From positions 5,642,001 to 5,706,000 of the forward strand of contig NC_043016.1 in the NCBI RefSeq assembly GCF_006345805.1: 64,000 nt of DNA, given 5' to 3'. This DNA comes from Octopus sinensis (taxonomy: Eukaryota). The notes under the pieces are model-generated. The model was given only the letters and a program-made list of their open reading frames with translations, searched no databases and was not told where the DNA came from. Positions 37,271-51,955 of the stretch are shown in pieces (positions within the stretch are counted from its first letter, which is position 1; each line of letters begins with the position of its first letter). A program made the translations under genes and the position numbers.

Positions 37271-37756
37271 TGAGGCAACTGTCCTCTTTGACCCTCTATA
37301 AATCCAGCCCTGACCATGAGTACCACATGCAAGTGAATTTGTAATTTCAAAAACAAAATTTTGTCCTTTAGAAAATCCATGTTTAAGGAAGAATATAGTG
37401 TAAGGTAATAACAGGGGATTGTATGTATTATTACAGGGGTTTGCCCGCTACAATTTGAAGAAGAAAATATAATTCTACAAATTTTAGTAAATGCATTTGG
37501 AATTTTAAAAATAGGAGCATAAAGTATGATTTAAAGTGGTCCATTATTAGTTATACACCATCGTACAATATTGATAATTCTACATGTGATCTATGCCTTG
37601 AAGAAATTGTATTATATAATTACATCTAAATTAGTATTATTAAATTGTAGAAATAATTTTACATTGAAATATTCTCATAAAATATAAAAAATATTTAACT
37701 ATTCCAATAATAAATAACTCATTAATTATAATTATTTTTCCTATAATCTAATATCT

Positions 37757-37970
37757 TCTATCTTTTACTGGTTTGTCATTAGATTGCAACCATGCTGGGG
37801 CAATGCCTTGAAGAAATTTTCATTCCAATGAATCGATCCCAGTACTTATATATATTTTTAAAGCTGGGTACTTATCCTATCAGCCTCTGTTACAGATCCA
37901 CTAAGTTACAAGGACATAAACACACCAACACTGGTTGTCAAGCAGTAGTAGGGAACAAACACAAATGTGT

Positions 37971-38010
<40 letters not shown>

Positions 38011-38195
38011 GATGGGCTTCTTTCAGAGTCCGTTTCCCAAACCACTCACTAGGCTTTGGTTGGCCTGAAGCCATTTGTCCTAAGCATCCAAGCTTTTTTC
38101 AGACTTTTGCTATAGTAGAAGACATTTGCCCAAATTGCCCCACAGCTGGACCGAAACTGGAACCGAGGTTCTTACCACACAGCTATGCCTGCATA
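37757..38195 (-). mobile_element. Old SINE family A copy
   Basis: Reverse-complement similarity to head and tail (CCATGCTGGGGCA, GGTTGTCAAGC, TATAGTAGAAGACATTTGCCCAA). Confidence 0.75.
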
Positions 38196-38924
38196 ATTTT
38201 TCTAAGATAATTTTTTAGCATTTTTAATAGATAGATACTTAGTTACTGTGATTAGAATTTCTAAGTTTATTTTATTTCTTGTTCTTTCGTTATTCAATGA
38301 CGTCACCAAAAACCGAATACAAAAATAGCTTGTCTTAAAATATTATATTTCTTCTAAACATTCTTTTTTGTATGCGTACAGGTACTGCAGATATTTTCTT
38401 AGTTCACTTTGAATTGTCTTGATAACATTTTAGGATATATTTTTGGATACATTAATCTGAGCAATACTTTATACCTTTTCTTATATCTAAATACACTGAC
38501 ACACCAGAAACAATCATCATTATTGTATGGTCTAATTACCAATTAAAAATTTAATTTTCTCCGTTCTTATTCTTGTTGTCTTATACCCTAAATTGCTCAA
38601 CATTCTCCAAAATGATATTTAGATTTACTTGTCATACATAAAGAATTACCTTGGATGTTAATTCTGTTTGAATTTATTGATATAGTTAACCAAATTCGTT
38701 TTAATATTGAGCAGTTTATAGATATCTTCCTGGATTTGTTAATCCCATGTACCGGTTATATACATAAGTACAAGATATTGCTTCACAGTCTTCAGCAGAC
38801 TTTTAGTATTCGTTATAAGGAAAACCGCCTCTGGGTAGTTTTGTGCTAGTCTCTAAACAATATTTACATTTTGATTCCCAACCTGTGTAATTTTTTTGAT
38901 TCGTTGCATTTAATTTTCCCGCAG

Positions 38925-39403
38925 TATGTAAAAAGCACCATCCGAATGTGGCTGATGCCAGCGCCACCTTGACTGGCTTCTGTGCTGGTGGCACATGACC
39001 TGCTGTGCCTGAGGAGACCTATTGAGTCAAGAACATCAACATCGAAATAAATATCAAATGGAAATAGTAGTTGTGATGCCTGTGCTGGTAGCACGGAAAA
39101 AGCACCATCCGAACGTGGCCGATGCCAGAGCCGCCTTGACTGGCTTCCGTGCTGGTGGCACGTAAAAAGCACCAACCAATCGTGGCCGCTGCCAGCCTCC
39201 CCTGGCACCCGTGCCGGTGGCATGTAAAAAGCACCCACTACACTCATGGAGTGGTTGGCATTAGGAAGGGTATCCAGCTGTAGAAGCACTGCCAGATCAG
39301 ACAGGAGCCTGGTGCAGCCTCCTGGTTTCCCAGACCCCGGTCGAACCGTTTAACCTATACTAGCACAGAAAACAGACGTTAAATGATGATGATAATGATG
39401 ATG
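38925..39403 (+). mobile_element. SINE family C, long form with internal AAAAAGCACCATCCGAA repeats
   Basis: GGTTGGCATTAGGAAGGGTATCCAGCTGTAGAA; ends GACGTTAAATGATGATGAT. Confidence 0.9.
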
Positions 39404-39688
39404 ATCCTACTCATTCACTCAATAAATAAATTTAAAATAACAGTAAGTACTCAAAGACAGGGTTAGAATTTATGAAGAAATAAACTATTATGTTGATTTA
39501 ACTTAGCTGTGTACAAATGTCGTGTGTGTCTAAAGATTGGGTAATTTGCATGGCAGTGAACTGAATAGCACACTCAGTGTGTACTGGGAAAAAATCTTGT
39601 TGCAAAACTTGCTGGAGGTTCAAATACATGTGATTACATAACTCTTTATTTGCTCTGCATTACTTTTCCACCGATACAAATATATATT

Positions 39689-40090
39689 TTCTCTTTTACT
39701 TTCTCTTTTACTTGTTTCAGTCATTTGACTGCGGCCATGCTGGAGCACCACCTTTAGTTGAGCAAATCGACCCCGGGACTTATTCTTGTAAGCCCAGTAC
39801 TTATTTCTATCGGTCTCTTTTGCCGAACCGCTAAGTGACGGGGACGTAAACACACCAGCATCGTTGTCAAGCAATGCTAGGGGGACAAACACAGACACAC
39901 AACACACATACGCAATATATACATAGATACGACAGGCTTCTTCAGTTTCTGTCTACCAAATCCACCTCACAAGGTATTAGTCGGCCCGGGCTATAGTAGA
40001 AGACACTTGCCCAAGGTGCCACGCAGTGGAACTGAACCCAGAAAAACCATGGGTTGGGTTAGCAAGCTACTTACCACACAGCACTCCTGT
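39689..40090 (-). mobile_element. SINE family A, full length
   Basis: Reverse complement of the family A consensus. Confidence 0.92.
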
Positions 40091-40442
40091 ACATTTAGTA
40101 TTAATAATCTGTATATAACACAATTACAGATGTACAGAGATGGGAAATATTTTTTTATCGTTTGCCACGTAAATATGAGTGTACATGGATATTCCATGAT
40201 TGATGTTTAAGAAGTTTCTGTCAGCCCTGATCGAGCAGTTCAAATACGTTTTAACTCTGACCATCCAGTTTGTTTAACATTTAACTTGTATCTTTACAAG
40301 TTTGTCCTAAACATCCAAACTCTTTTTTTCTATCAGACTTTTAGTTAGCCCCTATTTCAAACGTTCTTAATAATATAAAGCTTTCTTTTCACAAGTTCCA
40401 GTTTACTCTGGCGGTTGAAATAAAATTGGTAATGTATATAAT

Positions 40443-40667
40443 AAGGCGGCGAGCTGGCAGAAATGTTAGCACGCCAAGAGAAATGCTGAGTGGTATTTCG
40501 TCTGTCTTTACGTTCTGAGTTCAAATTCCACCGAGGTTCACTTTGCATTTCATCCTTTCGGGGTCGATAAATTAAGTACCAGTTACGCCTATATCATCGA
40601 CTTAATCCGTTTGTCTGTCCTTGTTTGTCCTCTCTGTGTTTAGCGCCTTGTGGGTAGTAAAGAAATA
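40443..40667 (+). mobile_element. SINE family B, full length
   Basis: Matches 19453-19681. Confidence 0.92.
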
Positions 40668-41569
40668 GGTAATGTATATATGATGCTTGGGTATCAGAGA
40701 AATATGTCCTGTATTTTGATGAAAACAACGATAAAATGTGGTTCCCATGACTACGGTTATGACTTCTACATCAACAATGGAAGTTTCTTATTGGTTAAAA
40801 TTACCTAACTTTAAATGCTTCTAACTTCTTTATTACTAATTCTTAGAAAGAGTGAATGTGAATTTCATCATCAGCATGCAAAACTACATCAATGTAGAAA
40901 ATTCTAAGTGGTCGGAATATTTTAAAAAAGATTCCATATCATCCCCACTTTTTGAGGTGATACTGTAGCCAACAAAAGAACCATTACGTAGTTGCTTTAC
41001 CTGATAGAAGTAGCAACTGAATTTCATTCGTCCTTATATTTCTAGACATCTGAAGAAGTCTGCTCTTCTACATCATCCCACATGCCCCTCACCTCATATA
41101 TCACCCACACAGCAACTCTCCTCCACCCCATATTCTACCTCACTCACGATATACCCTAAGTACTATTCTACATCACATGACATGTTGCTAAACAACCTAA
41201 CATATGTCAATCACACTTACCCTGAACACACGACTGTTTCCCAAGCCAAGGAGGGAGCCTCTCTACCTCATCGTTTCCACTGCTAGAAAAAGCAGTGAAA
41301 CCTCTGTTTACCGTCTTCAAAATAAAAAGTACATTGGCTAATCTAGACTACAAAAGGGGGATTGCTCTTGTTCAGTCAGGTTTACCTGGAATTCAACAAC
41401 AACAACATGAGAATTTCAATATTTTTCCTATACATCACCATTCTATGAACAAAACTTTTGATTCCATCTTCTATTAACAGTGGTCTGATCAAATGTCATT
41501 CACACACACTATTATGAACCTACTAAAGTTGCAATATTTCTGAAGAATGGAATGGAAGCACTCCATCGG

Positions 41570-41925
41570 TTACGACGACGAGGGTTCCGGTTGATCCGAT
41601 CAACGGAACAGCCTGCTCGTGAATGAGCACTCCACAGACACATGCACCCTTAACGTAGTTCTCAGGGATATTCAGCGTGACACAGAGAGTGACAAGGCAC
41701 GGCCCTTTGAAATACAGGTACAACAGAAGAAGAACAGGAAGTAAGAGTGAGAAGAAAGTTGTGGTGAAAGAGTACAGCAGGGATCACCACCATCCCCTGC
41801 CGGAGCCTCGTGGAGCTTTTAGATGTTTTCGCTCAATAAACACTAACAACGCCCGGTCTGGGAATCGAAACCGCGATCCTATGACCGCGAGTCCGCTGCC
41901 CTAACCACTGGGCCATGGCGCCTCC
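41570..41925 (-). mobile_element. tRNA-derived SINE family D
   Basis: Minus-strand tRNA-like head (forward GGGAATCGAAACC...CCCTAACCACTGGGCCA); body GAGCACTCCACAGACAC...GTGACAAGG..GGCCCTTTGAA shared with 44330 and 62860. Confidence 0.85.
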
Positions 41926-42386
41926 TTCTGAAGAATACAATAACCACAACACACTCAACGCTCCCTAATTTCTTCAACAGAGTTCTGCAACGTTACTCCA
42001 CCTCTGAAGAAACTTCCAAAACACTGCTATTCTAAAGAAATATATCCGAACTGTACTTCATACAATGACATACTGTACGTCAGTTGAGTGGTGAGGGCTT
42101 CCACTTGGCCTGAAAATGATTTTGAGAAGCAGAGCTGTTTATTGCATCCAGTCATTGAACCAACAACTTGGGTCAAGGTTGACTGCAGCAGCATATGTGC
42201 TTATTGCTACACTAAATCACAATATCTTATGTTCAAGAAAGTAATATGAAGAGTTAGAAATAGCAACTCAATCTCTCAAATCACAGTCTATTCTCTAAAA
42301 AAAAAAAAAAATCCATAATACAGTCCCCGATAAACTATGCCAAAGAACATGAGGTGATAGTCATGATTCAAACACCTCTAAACATA

Positions 42387-43542
42387 CGAGGGGCGTTCAT
42401 TAAAGATTTGCTCTGACCCACTTCCAGTTATTGCAGGAAATGGAACTTTTACAGGTATGATCATACATGTCACATTGTTAATTGCAGCTTTCCACTAATA
42501 TTCATTTGTCTTTTACGGCTGCTGAAGTGGACTAAGGTGTTACAATGGATTCAGTGATTAGGTTCTTATACTTGAAAGGTTCTACACCAAAAGAGACTTT
42601 CGATGAGATGAATATGGTCGGACATCGGTGGAAACTGCTCCTATCCCTGGACAACCACATTTTGCTATTGATGACGACACCATCCATAAAGTGAAAGCTG
42701 CCATTTTGGAGGATTGTTGCATAACTATTTTGACAATTAACCCAAGAAGATAAGTGTAAGGTCCATGGAAAAAATCATTCATAACCATTTACACATGCGG
42801 AAGTTGTCTGCATGATGGATTCACCAGATGCTCACCTTTTCAGAAGCAGAAATGAGTCAATTGCTCACAGGCTCTTTTAGTAATGTGCTAAGAAATGAAG
42901 ACTTTCTTGGCAGACTTATCACAGAGGAAGAAGCATGGGTCCATTACTATGATCCTAAGACTAAAGTCCAGTTGAAGCAATGGAAGCATAACACCACTTC
43001 CAAAGAAGGCTCAGTAGGCAAGGTGATACTCAGAGTCTTTGTGGACCAATGCAGAGTAGTGATGATGGATTTTCTGGCAAAGGGTACCAGAATTAACGGG
43101 GCATATTATGCCTCTCTATAGTAGAAATTGCAGGACACCATCAAAGCAGAGAAGTCCTCCTCCCCCAAGACAATGCCCCATTTCACAATGTGCATGTTGG
43201 CCAGATGAAAGCACACTCCTGCGGCTTTGAAATTCTTCCTCATCCCCCTTACTCTCCCGACCTCACATCATCCGACTTCCATCTCTTTCCAACCATGAAG
43301 TCTTTTTTGAAGGGGAAGCGCTTTTTGGATGATGATGAACTCATTTTCTGTGGTAAACTCTTAGCTCTAGACACAACCTACTGACTTCTACAGACGAGGT
43401 CTTCACAGCTACATAAAACAACGGGAAAAGTGTGTCATCATTGGTGGTGGCCATGTAGAGAAGGACAAATAATTATGCCAAATTTTGTTTATCCCAGTCC
43501 TTGGGAAGTGGGTCAGAAGAAATCTTTAATGAACACCTCTCA
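42387..43542 (+). mobile_element. Mariner (DD34D-type) transposon, degraded, both TIRs present
   Basis: TA|CGAGGGGCGTTCATTAAAGATTTGCTCTGACCCACTTCC and its reverse complement at ~43504-43542|TA; WVHYYDP, QDNAPFH, HPPYSPDLTSSDFHLFP. Confidence 0.92.
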
Positions 43543-43775
43543 TAGATATTTGTTTAGAGGTGATCTGTGCCCAAGCAACATCATCAGAAACACACTAAAT
43601 CACTTCACATATACTCATGTCTACAATACAGGTCATAAAACATTATTATATAAAATTGTCTCTCCTATCACATATTATATATCACAACATCATGTCCTCA
43701 CTTAACCATTGCATATTGTCTCACAACAGTATATCAAAACACCACATTTTTTCATAATCACACATTAGAACACAA

Positions 43776-44180
43776 GGATCTTTTCGGTTTGACCGGCAGT
43801 TTTTTCTAGCGGTGTCATATGAAATTGTCACCCGTAATTATGACCCTAGTATCAATCTATTGCATTTCAATCTGTTTTAGGGTTAGGGGGAAGGGTATCT
43901 TTTTTTCTTCACAAATGTAAATAAACCCAATCTGTTTCTTAAACGAGGGACATATTCATACGGCAAGAATGTTTTTTAACTCAATAGACGTCATTGATTG
44001 GTTGAAATTGCAGAAATTGAAGAAAAAAAGCAACAAATATCTTACAAACTATAGAATTTTTTCAATAAAGCCAAGAGAAAAAGACGTTTTATAAACACAT
44101 TCTACCAGTATACGAAGTTTAAAAGTGTTTAGTTACGTGGAAATTATTTTAAAAAACTGCCATTCAAACCGAAAAGATCC
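43776..44180. mobile_element. 405-bp MITE, monomer of the 20244-21038 foldback element
   Basis: 30-bp TIRs GGATCTTTTCGGTTTGA.CGGCAGTTTTTT; flanks GAACACAA / GAACACTA (7/8 match TSD); internal TTAGGGTTAGGGG. Confidence 0.9.
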
Positions 44181-44329
44181 GAACACTACACCATATGTCA
44201 CAACTATATAACTTCACAGTACAAACACACAGGATTAACAAATAACAGCCTCCCCATCCCCACTACATACTTAATTGCCACACCCATCTACCTAGAGGCT
44301 CACATCCAAAAGAGCCTGGAATGCTGTCA

Positions 44330-44635
44330 ATTATAATGTGCTCCAACTGATCTGATCAACAGAACAACCTGCTCATAAAATTAGTGTGCATGTGGCTGAG
44401 CACTCCACAGACAATCATACCCTTAATGTAGTTCTCCAGGAGATTCGGTGTGAAATAGAATGTGACAAAGCTGGCCCTTTGAAGTACAGGTACAACTCGT
44501 GTTTGCCAGGAAAGAGGACTGGAGCAACGTGAAATAAAGTACCTCGCTCAAAGACACAATGTACCACTGGGACCTGAACTCATAACCTTATGATAATGAG
44601 CCAAATACCTTAACCACAAAGGCACACGTCTTCAC
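44330..44635 (-). mobile_element. SINE family D
   Basis: Same body as 41570-41925. Confidence 0.8.
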
Positions 44636-44749
44636 AAGAGGGTCACATCCACACACAGTGTCTGATGGCATTACTTTGTCTCCAACAATTCAGTGCAACA
44701 CCAGTGTAAAATCACTTCCCTCCGACAAGTCATCCTAACGAGACATCTG

Positions 44750-45066
44750 CGTTGGCTGGGTCATGCCCTCCGTCGTCAACCAGAGAATTCTCTACGAAGC
44801 AATTGCCCCAGCTCCCCTTCAGGGTTGGCGAAAGCGATGTGGTGGACAACGAAAACCTAGCTGATGACAGTCAAGGCTGATCTGGACCCAACATAGGACC
44901 CCATATCTAGGGCATTCGCCACTGGAATAAGGAGTGGTTGGAGAACACGCGGTCATTAGCCTCAAATCGCCAGGACTGGTCAGCGTTTGTGAGAGATGCA
45001 GCATTGAGGATGAATGAAGCCAGCTCAACCCACCCCGGGGTGAAAGCTGTCTCAAGTCAAGTCAAG
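44750..45066 (+). mobile_element. RTE-type LINE 3' end
   Basis: Residual coding text (GWRKRCGGQRK..., W...LASNRQDW) and (CAAGT)3 tail. Confidence 0.7.
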
Positions 45067-45643
45067 GTGTAAAGTGCAGTTTTTCTTTGTTTTTGAAGAA
45101 AATAAGTAACTCAGAACAAACATGAAGCATTGTTTTTATTAATATGTGCAAACATAACATGAGGATCTTTTCAGCTATTTCTGTTGGGTAATTATTTTTA
45201 TTCCACTAAAAAAAGGATTTAAAAAAGGGGAAAAAATGTAAAACAAAATTTAATTAAAAAACAAAAAAAAAATGACATCACAATGTATCTAGGGAATGGG
45301 AAGTTGTCGTAAATTGACTTGTTCTTGCATAATTTTCCATTATAATTTGTGCTCACAGAATACAGGTAAGGTACTGTTGACTATTTAGTTCAGTACTGGG
45401 TGGGATCTTTTATAATGAAAACCACAAAGGAGTGAAAGCAAAGACAAAGAACAGCAAGATATGGCTTTCAAACAACTTACCAGCAGAATTCAAGAATTGA
45501 TATGGTTAAAAATGGGTGTCTTTTGTTATTTATTAATTTTTTATAATTTTTTTTTTAGAAAATTGTTATTGTATTCCAACATAATGTACCAACGCTTTCT
45601 TCAGAGCTCAAACTTATACAAGATAGTAAATTCTATCTTTAGG

Positions 45644-45644
<1 letters not shown>

Positions 45645-45715
<71 letters not shown>

Positions 45716-45749
45716 TGATGATAATAGTAATAGTAATAGTAGTAATTGC

Positions 45750-45784
<35 letters not shown>

Positions 45785-45785
45785 T
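45645..45785. repeat. (AAT)n microsatellite
   Basis: Direct reading. Confidence 0.95.
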
Positions 45786-46149
45786 GAGGAAACAGACAAA
45801 GTAAAAGATAGTTGGGAATCAGGTAAAACGAAAAGATAAATTAATGCAGTGCCAACAGCAAGATGAATAGAAAAAAAATACATATATATATATATATTGA
45901 AGAGGGTTAAGGTATATCAACAGTGAAAACAATCGACACGGAACGAGGGTAGACTTAAACAATTACAGGCACAAAGAAAAAAAAAACAAGAAGTAACTCC
46001 AATACTAAAAAGCATAACAGGAAGTTAGTAGAAAGCGATAACATTTCCAGCTCGTGGTTAAAGAAGTATCTACATAGCTATATAGCAAAGTTGTAACAGT
46101 AATATATATTGATCTGCTGAAAGAAAAAAAAAAAACAGGACAACCATCT

Positions 46150-46370
46150 TGATTCAGCATTTAAACCGGCCATATGCAGCTGAAATATATTGTACCTGTT
46201 TTATGTTGAAATTGACCAGATCTGGCCTCTCTCACCTACCCTACAATGCCATTCTCAAATTAAACAATCATATCATCAAAATCTTAAAGTTATAAGATAA
46301 TGCATAATTAATTCAAAATAATGTGAATAAGTATTGTATTTGAGAGAGCTATCTGAATGCAAGAGGGTTA
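46150..46370. mobile_element. Degraded TTAA-type (piggyBac-like) MITE
   Basis: Ends ATCTGAATGCAAGAGGG|TTAA; related to 59912-60080. Confidence 0.55.
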
Positions 46371-47259
46371 ATCTCCAAGACTCAGGAAACAAATTTAAGT
46401 TCATATTTTGCCTGACTATTGCATACACAGTTTTTACAATATTCTCATTAAAGGTAAATGCTTGCCTGGAAAAAAAAAGAAGACAAATAATAGATAGGAT
46501 ACTTCCAAGAACTCATAAAAGCTCTATCAAACAATAAACCTGCAGTGGGAGAAAGAAGAGTCTGACATTAGCATTGATAGTCTTTGACACAACTTTTGGC
46601 AGTGTTCTCCACAAATAAAATCAAGAAGCGATAGCTATGAATAAGGTAGCACTTATAGCAAACATATGCCAAGTAAATCATAAGTAAATGGGAACTAATT
46701 TTGCAACAAACTAAATCTGACATGGATACAAATGTTATGGGGGTATAAATCAGTAACGTTCTGTGTACATAGATGGTCTCAATTTGTAACTGCAGGTGAC
46801 AAAAAAATTAGAAACACACCAACAGAATGTACACGGATTCAGTAACTGTATTTAAATTAATACATACACTGAAGAGCATGTTGGATATAGAAACAGAGAT
46901 AAAATAATTGGGCTAAATACAGACATATAAACCAATTAACTGGACAGAGCAAAACATACACAATCCAAGGAAGGTAAAATCAGGAAAGAATACTATAAAT
47001 GCATCAGATTAATATTTTAAACAGAGCTAAATGCAAAATATAAGGATATTTGTAATAATAGGTGCATTGGCACACAAACTACAAAAACAAAACACCAAAG
47101 ACTTAAAAGATATAGACAACATTCAGGAAATGGTACTTTTAGACACTGTACTCATATTACATGGAGTACTTTCATTATACAAAGAAAACACAGACAACAG
47201 TAATTAAAAGTCACCCCAAGGCACACAGAGCTGTGCTTGGCTGTGCAATGAAAGCGCAC

Positions 47260-47551
47260 AATAATAATGATAATAATAATAATAATAATGGTAATAATAA
47301 TAATTTATTCTGCTAGTGACCGACTTAAGAAGGGCTGCTGTTGTTTTTTATTTTTGTTTTTGTTGCTGCTGACTTTGTGATCAAACCTTGAAGTAATCAT
47401 TAAACTGAGGAGGAGGAGGAGGAGGAGGAGGAATAAAAGTAAAAGGGAAAGAGAAATGGCCATTGATATAGCAGGCAATTTTAGACATCAGTAACAATAA
47501 AATAAAAATCATATCAATGCTATTAGTATAATAATAATAATAATAATAATG

Positions 47552-47582
<31 letters not shown>

Positions 47583-47605
47583 TAATAATAATAATGATAA
47601 TAATA
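47260..47605. repeat. (AAT)n and (GGA)n simple repeats
   Basis: Direct reading. Confidence 0.9.
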
Positions 47606-50369
47606 ATCACAATAATGTAAATACAATATAAATGAAAATTATATTTTATAGCATTGTTATAAAATTTCTCATTGCAAGCTAGAAAATTTCCAAATAATTA
47701 TAATAATAATATTGCTTAGTGTAATCCAATAAATCAATAGGAATGTATAAAGAGGAATGTATGAAAAAACCAAAACCTTCATTAGTTTGATATCCGGGTA
47801 CAAATAACACACACCAGTATGTGTATGTTGATACCCCTATATCTATGTATTAGAAGACTGCTATTTCTATCAAAGAACAATCTGGTTTTTAATACCAATT
47901 TTGTTTCTTTTCTTTCAATTAATTATAAATTTAAAAAAAAAAAGGAAAGAAAAACATTTTCTGCAGAATTCTGTTGATTAGTTTGGTAGTTGTTTTATTT
48001 TTTGTACTTCCTTTCAGAAATAAAAGGAATCGGTAAGGATCCATAAACAAGCATGAATAAATAAAAATTTCAAAAAAAAAAGAAAAATTTATAAAAGTCT
48101 AAACAAATGTGTGTGAATATGCGTACAAATATACATACACACACATATGTATAGACATAAACACACACAGACACACACATATACACACATGCAGCACAAC
48201 ATTCACAAGCCATTTCGTGCAGGTTTCTGCATATGTGTGTGTAGTGTGTGAGCGGGTGTTTATAAAGAGGAACAACTTCAGTATTTATCGGGAGACGTGA
48301 TATGTTAAGAGTCAAGTGATGCTTCATTGATCCATCCAATCCATTTTAGTTCAATAATGACATTTTTGGGGTTTTTTTTTCTGTCTTTCTTTTCTTTCAC
48401 AAGGGGGGTGGGGAGGGAGTTTGTTTGTTTGTTTTTCCAACACCCCTAGGTAATTTTTCTGATCTGTCGTGAGATTGATCTACAAACTTTTTTTCTCAGG
48501 TGTATTAAACACTAAAATATATTTTACACACACACACACACGCACACACATGTATAAGTTTACATGTCTTTACATATAATTGTGTGTATGCAAATGTATA
48601 TATATATATATATACACACACACACATACATAAATAAATATGCATGTACTTGTATATGTGTATACACATTTATATATATTATATATGTATTAATATATAC
48701 TTGCGTATGTGTGTGTGTGTATATATATATATAGTCACACACATGAATATATATGTACATATATTTGGGGATATATATATATACATATACACACACACAC
48801 ACACAAACATGAAGAAACACACATATATACATACATACATTTATATACACACATATATACATACCTTACTGTATATCAGTTTCTTTTTCTTCTATTTCTT
48901 TCTCTCTCATTTTTTAACCCTTTATCATCTACACCCTTCATTAAAAATATTAAATATAATTTATCATTTTTCTAACACCCTAACTTTGTCAGAGAACACT
49001 CCCACCCCATAAAGACAAAAAGAAAAAACAAACAAGCAAACAACCAATTGTAAATCCAGAGTTTATCAATACTAAAACCTATGTAGTAGTAGTAGTAATA
49101 GTAGTTGTTATAGTAATGATAGTATTATACAGTAATTATGAAAATGTATGCCCCCACCCATACATAATCATCATCAATAGCAGGAATTGTGTAATTTGTA
49201 TAGTTTATATATATATATATATATCAACCAATCTACTTAGAATTTTTAAAAAACAATAAAATCTAGGTGTATATATTGTTTATCACCATGGGTGAACACA
49301 TTTTTATTGGAATGCAGGACAAAGTTTGTTTTTTTTTCTGTTTTGAAAATTAAAAAATATAAATTAAAAAAACATCTTTTTTCTTTTCATTTTTTTAAAA
49401 CTTTCTTTCAAAATTATTTTTTTTTCTCAAAATCTTTAAGTCAATTACAAAAAAAAAAAAAGAAAATCTATGCATGCAGTATTGACATCTGCTTGCAGTC
49501 TAAAAGATTTTGGGATTGGAGGAGCAAGAAAAAAAAAAGGGGGTCTGTGTGGAATGAATTTGCTGAAAAAGTGGGACAAAGCCTAGCCTGACACCATAAA
49601 AACACAAGCAAAAACTTGTCAAGAATTATCAGTTAAATAAAACTGTTGTGGAAATTAAAGAATAAAATCTACCAAAGAAACACTATTTCTGTATTTCTTT
49701 TTCTCTTTTTTTTTGTTAATTTTATTTATTTATTATTTTTTTTTTACTTCTGATGCCATTCAACGGATTATTTTGAATTTAAAAAAAAAAAAAAGAAAGC
49801 TATAGTAATATTAGTAAAATATCAGTATTATTAGAAATAAACCCACACGAAGGAAATTTTAAAACTGTTTCAGGTGTGTCTGTATATACTTGCGTAGATA
49901 CACATATAAATTATGTGTGTGTTTGTGTCTCTGTGTGTGTATGCGTAGATATGTAATGCTAGTCACAAGAAAGGGATAAGCCCATATCCATTGATAAAAA
50001 CAGACATATTTCTGTACACATAAAAAATAATTGTGTGCAACAATAAATATAGAGAGATATACATATGGAATTTGCTTTAAAACAATATTTGTTGGTGGTA
50101 ATTTTAAATCATATATATATGTATATGTATATATATATATATGAATGCACAAACAAAGAGAGAATGTACTTAATATATGCAGTAGAGTTTATTTGTTCAA
50201 AGATGATGACCGATTCTATTGCTACTCAGAGTTTCTTGCTATGTACAATCATTCAGGTGAACAAGAAGCTGAAAGCAAGAAGAATCACACATAACCCCAA
50301 AAAAACAAAAAAAAAAAAACTCTTGAGTAGTCATAGACAAAATCATCAGCTCTGAAAACAACTCAGATA

Positions 50370-50455
50370 CATGTGTATGTAAGCATGTATGTGTATATGT
50401 GTGTGTGTATATATATATATATTGTGTGTGTGTGTGTGTATATATATATTATATA

Positions 50456-50501
<46 letters not shown>

Positions 50502-50510
50502 ATATATATA

Positions 50511-50586
<76 letters not shown>

Positions 50587-50620
50587 GGCATACACACACA
50601 CACATATATATATGTATTTG
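50370..50620. repeat. (TA)n/(TG)n microsatellite
   Basis: Direct reading. Confidence 0.95.
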
Positions 50621-51294
50621 TGTACAGTTGTAAATATGTGCATGTATATGTTTCTATGTGTATTATAAATACACGCTCACACATACACAGACGAATTATT
50701 CAGACACACACACACGCACAGAGGCAGGCACACATATATTCTCAGGGGCCATAGCATCTTCTATACTCTCTGAGTTTAAAACATCATTCCATTATCTTAG
50801 CTTACTTTGCACATTTATGAAATGGATTCTGAATATACTTGATATTAGTATTAGAAACATTAATAGTAATAATAATTATAGTATCAGTGTTTGTAGTAGT
50901 AGTACTAATAGTAAAATTAATCAGATATATGTATATAAAAAACACCCTAATCATTCTAATACAATCTTTAAAAAAAATATTCTTTTTTTTTTTTCGGGAA
51001 AAAACTGAGTAGACAGAATATTTTGGAGGAGGGGATGTTGGTGGGGGAGAGAAAACTACAAGTTTGTTTATAGAAAAAAAAACATAAAAAAAACCAAACA
51101 TTCTTGGATATATCTGTGTACAATCTGAATAGGGTATATATTTTAGAAATTCACTTCTCTTAATTACACCAATTATCATGTATGTATGTATATAAGTGAG
51201 TATGGGTTGCTTGTATATGTGTACGTATATATAGCATGTATGTGAATGTGTGTATGTATGTATGTAAATTTCAACTATATATATATACATACAC

Positions 51295-51344
<50 letters not shown>

Positions 51345-51353
51345 TCTATATAT

Positions 51354-51385
<32 letters not shown>

Positions 51386-51687
51386 ATATTCATATTTATA
51401 CATGTATATAATAAGCACTATATATATATAAATCATTTATATATATATTATATGCATACACACACACACACACACACACACATAAACAAAGGCATACACA
51501 CACATACATATATAACTTTTTTGTCTTTATACGTCTATTGCATTCATCGAATTTTCCAACTCTAGACACACTAATGTTCGTTGAACACCCTCCCCCACCC
51601 ACCCCACTTCATGCAGATAACACAGAAACTGGTAAGGCGCCATTGACTTCTTCAAAGCTCTGTGTTATGTTTCTATGGAGGAAAAGT

Positions 51688-51777
51688 TCAGTAGCGTTCC
51701 TGGTATTCATGATGCCATTTGTTGAAGTCAATGAAGAAAACGAGAAGGCACCCAGTCCCGAGACAAGGAACAAGAGT
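51688..51777 (-). CDS. NBEA: Neurobeachin/LRBA-family last coding exon (frame conflict with upstream exon, see findings)
   Basis: Acceptor TTTTCTTCTTTCTTTCAG at 51779-51778; [24 protein letters not shown] resembles the NBEA/LRBA/rugose C-terminus (DFNRWHxEyQxRY). Confidence 0.88.
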   Translation of the reverse strand, partial: TLVPCLGTGCLLVFFIDFNKWHHEYQERY

Positions 51778-51900
51778 CTGAAAGAAAGAAGAAAATATAT
51801 ATATGTGTGTGTATAAATATATATAGACATAAATATATATAGACATAAACAATAATATATAAACATTTATAAATAACATGTAAATACAGTGATATATATT

Positions 51901-51952
<52 letters not shown>

Positions 51953-51955
<3 letters not shown>

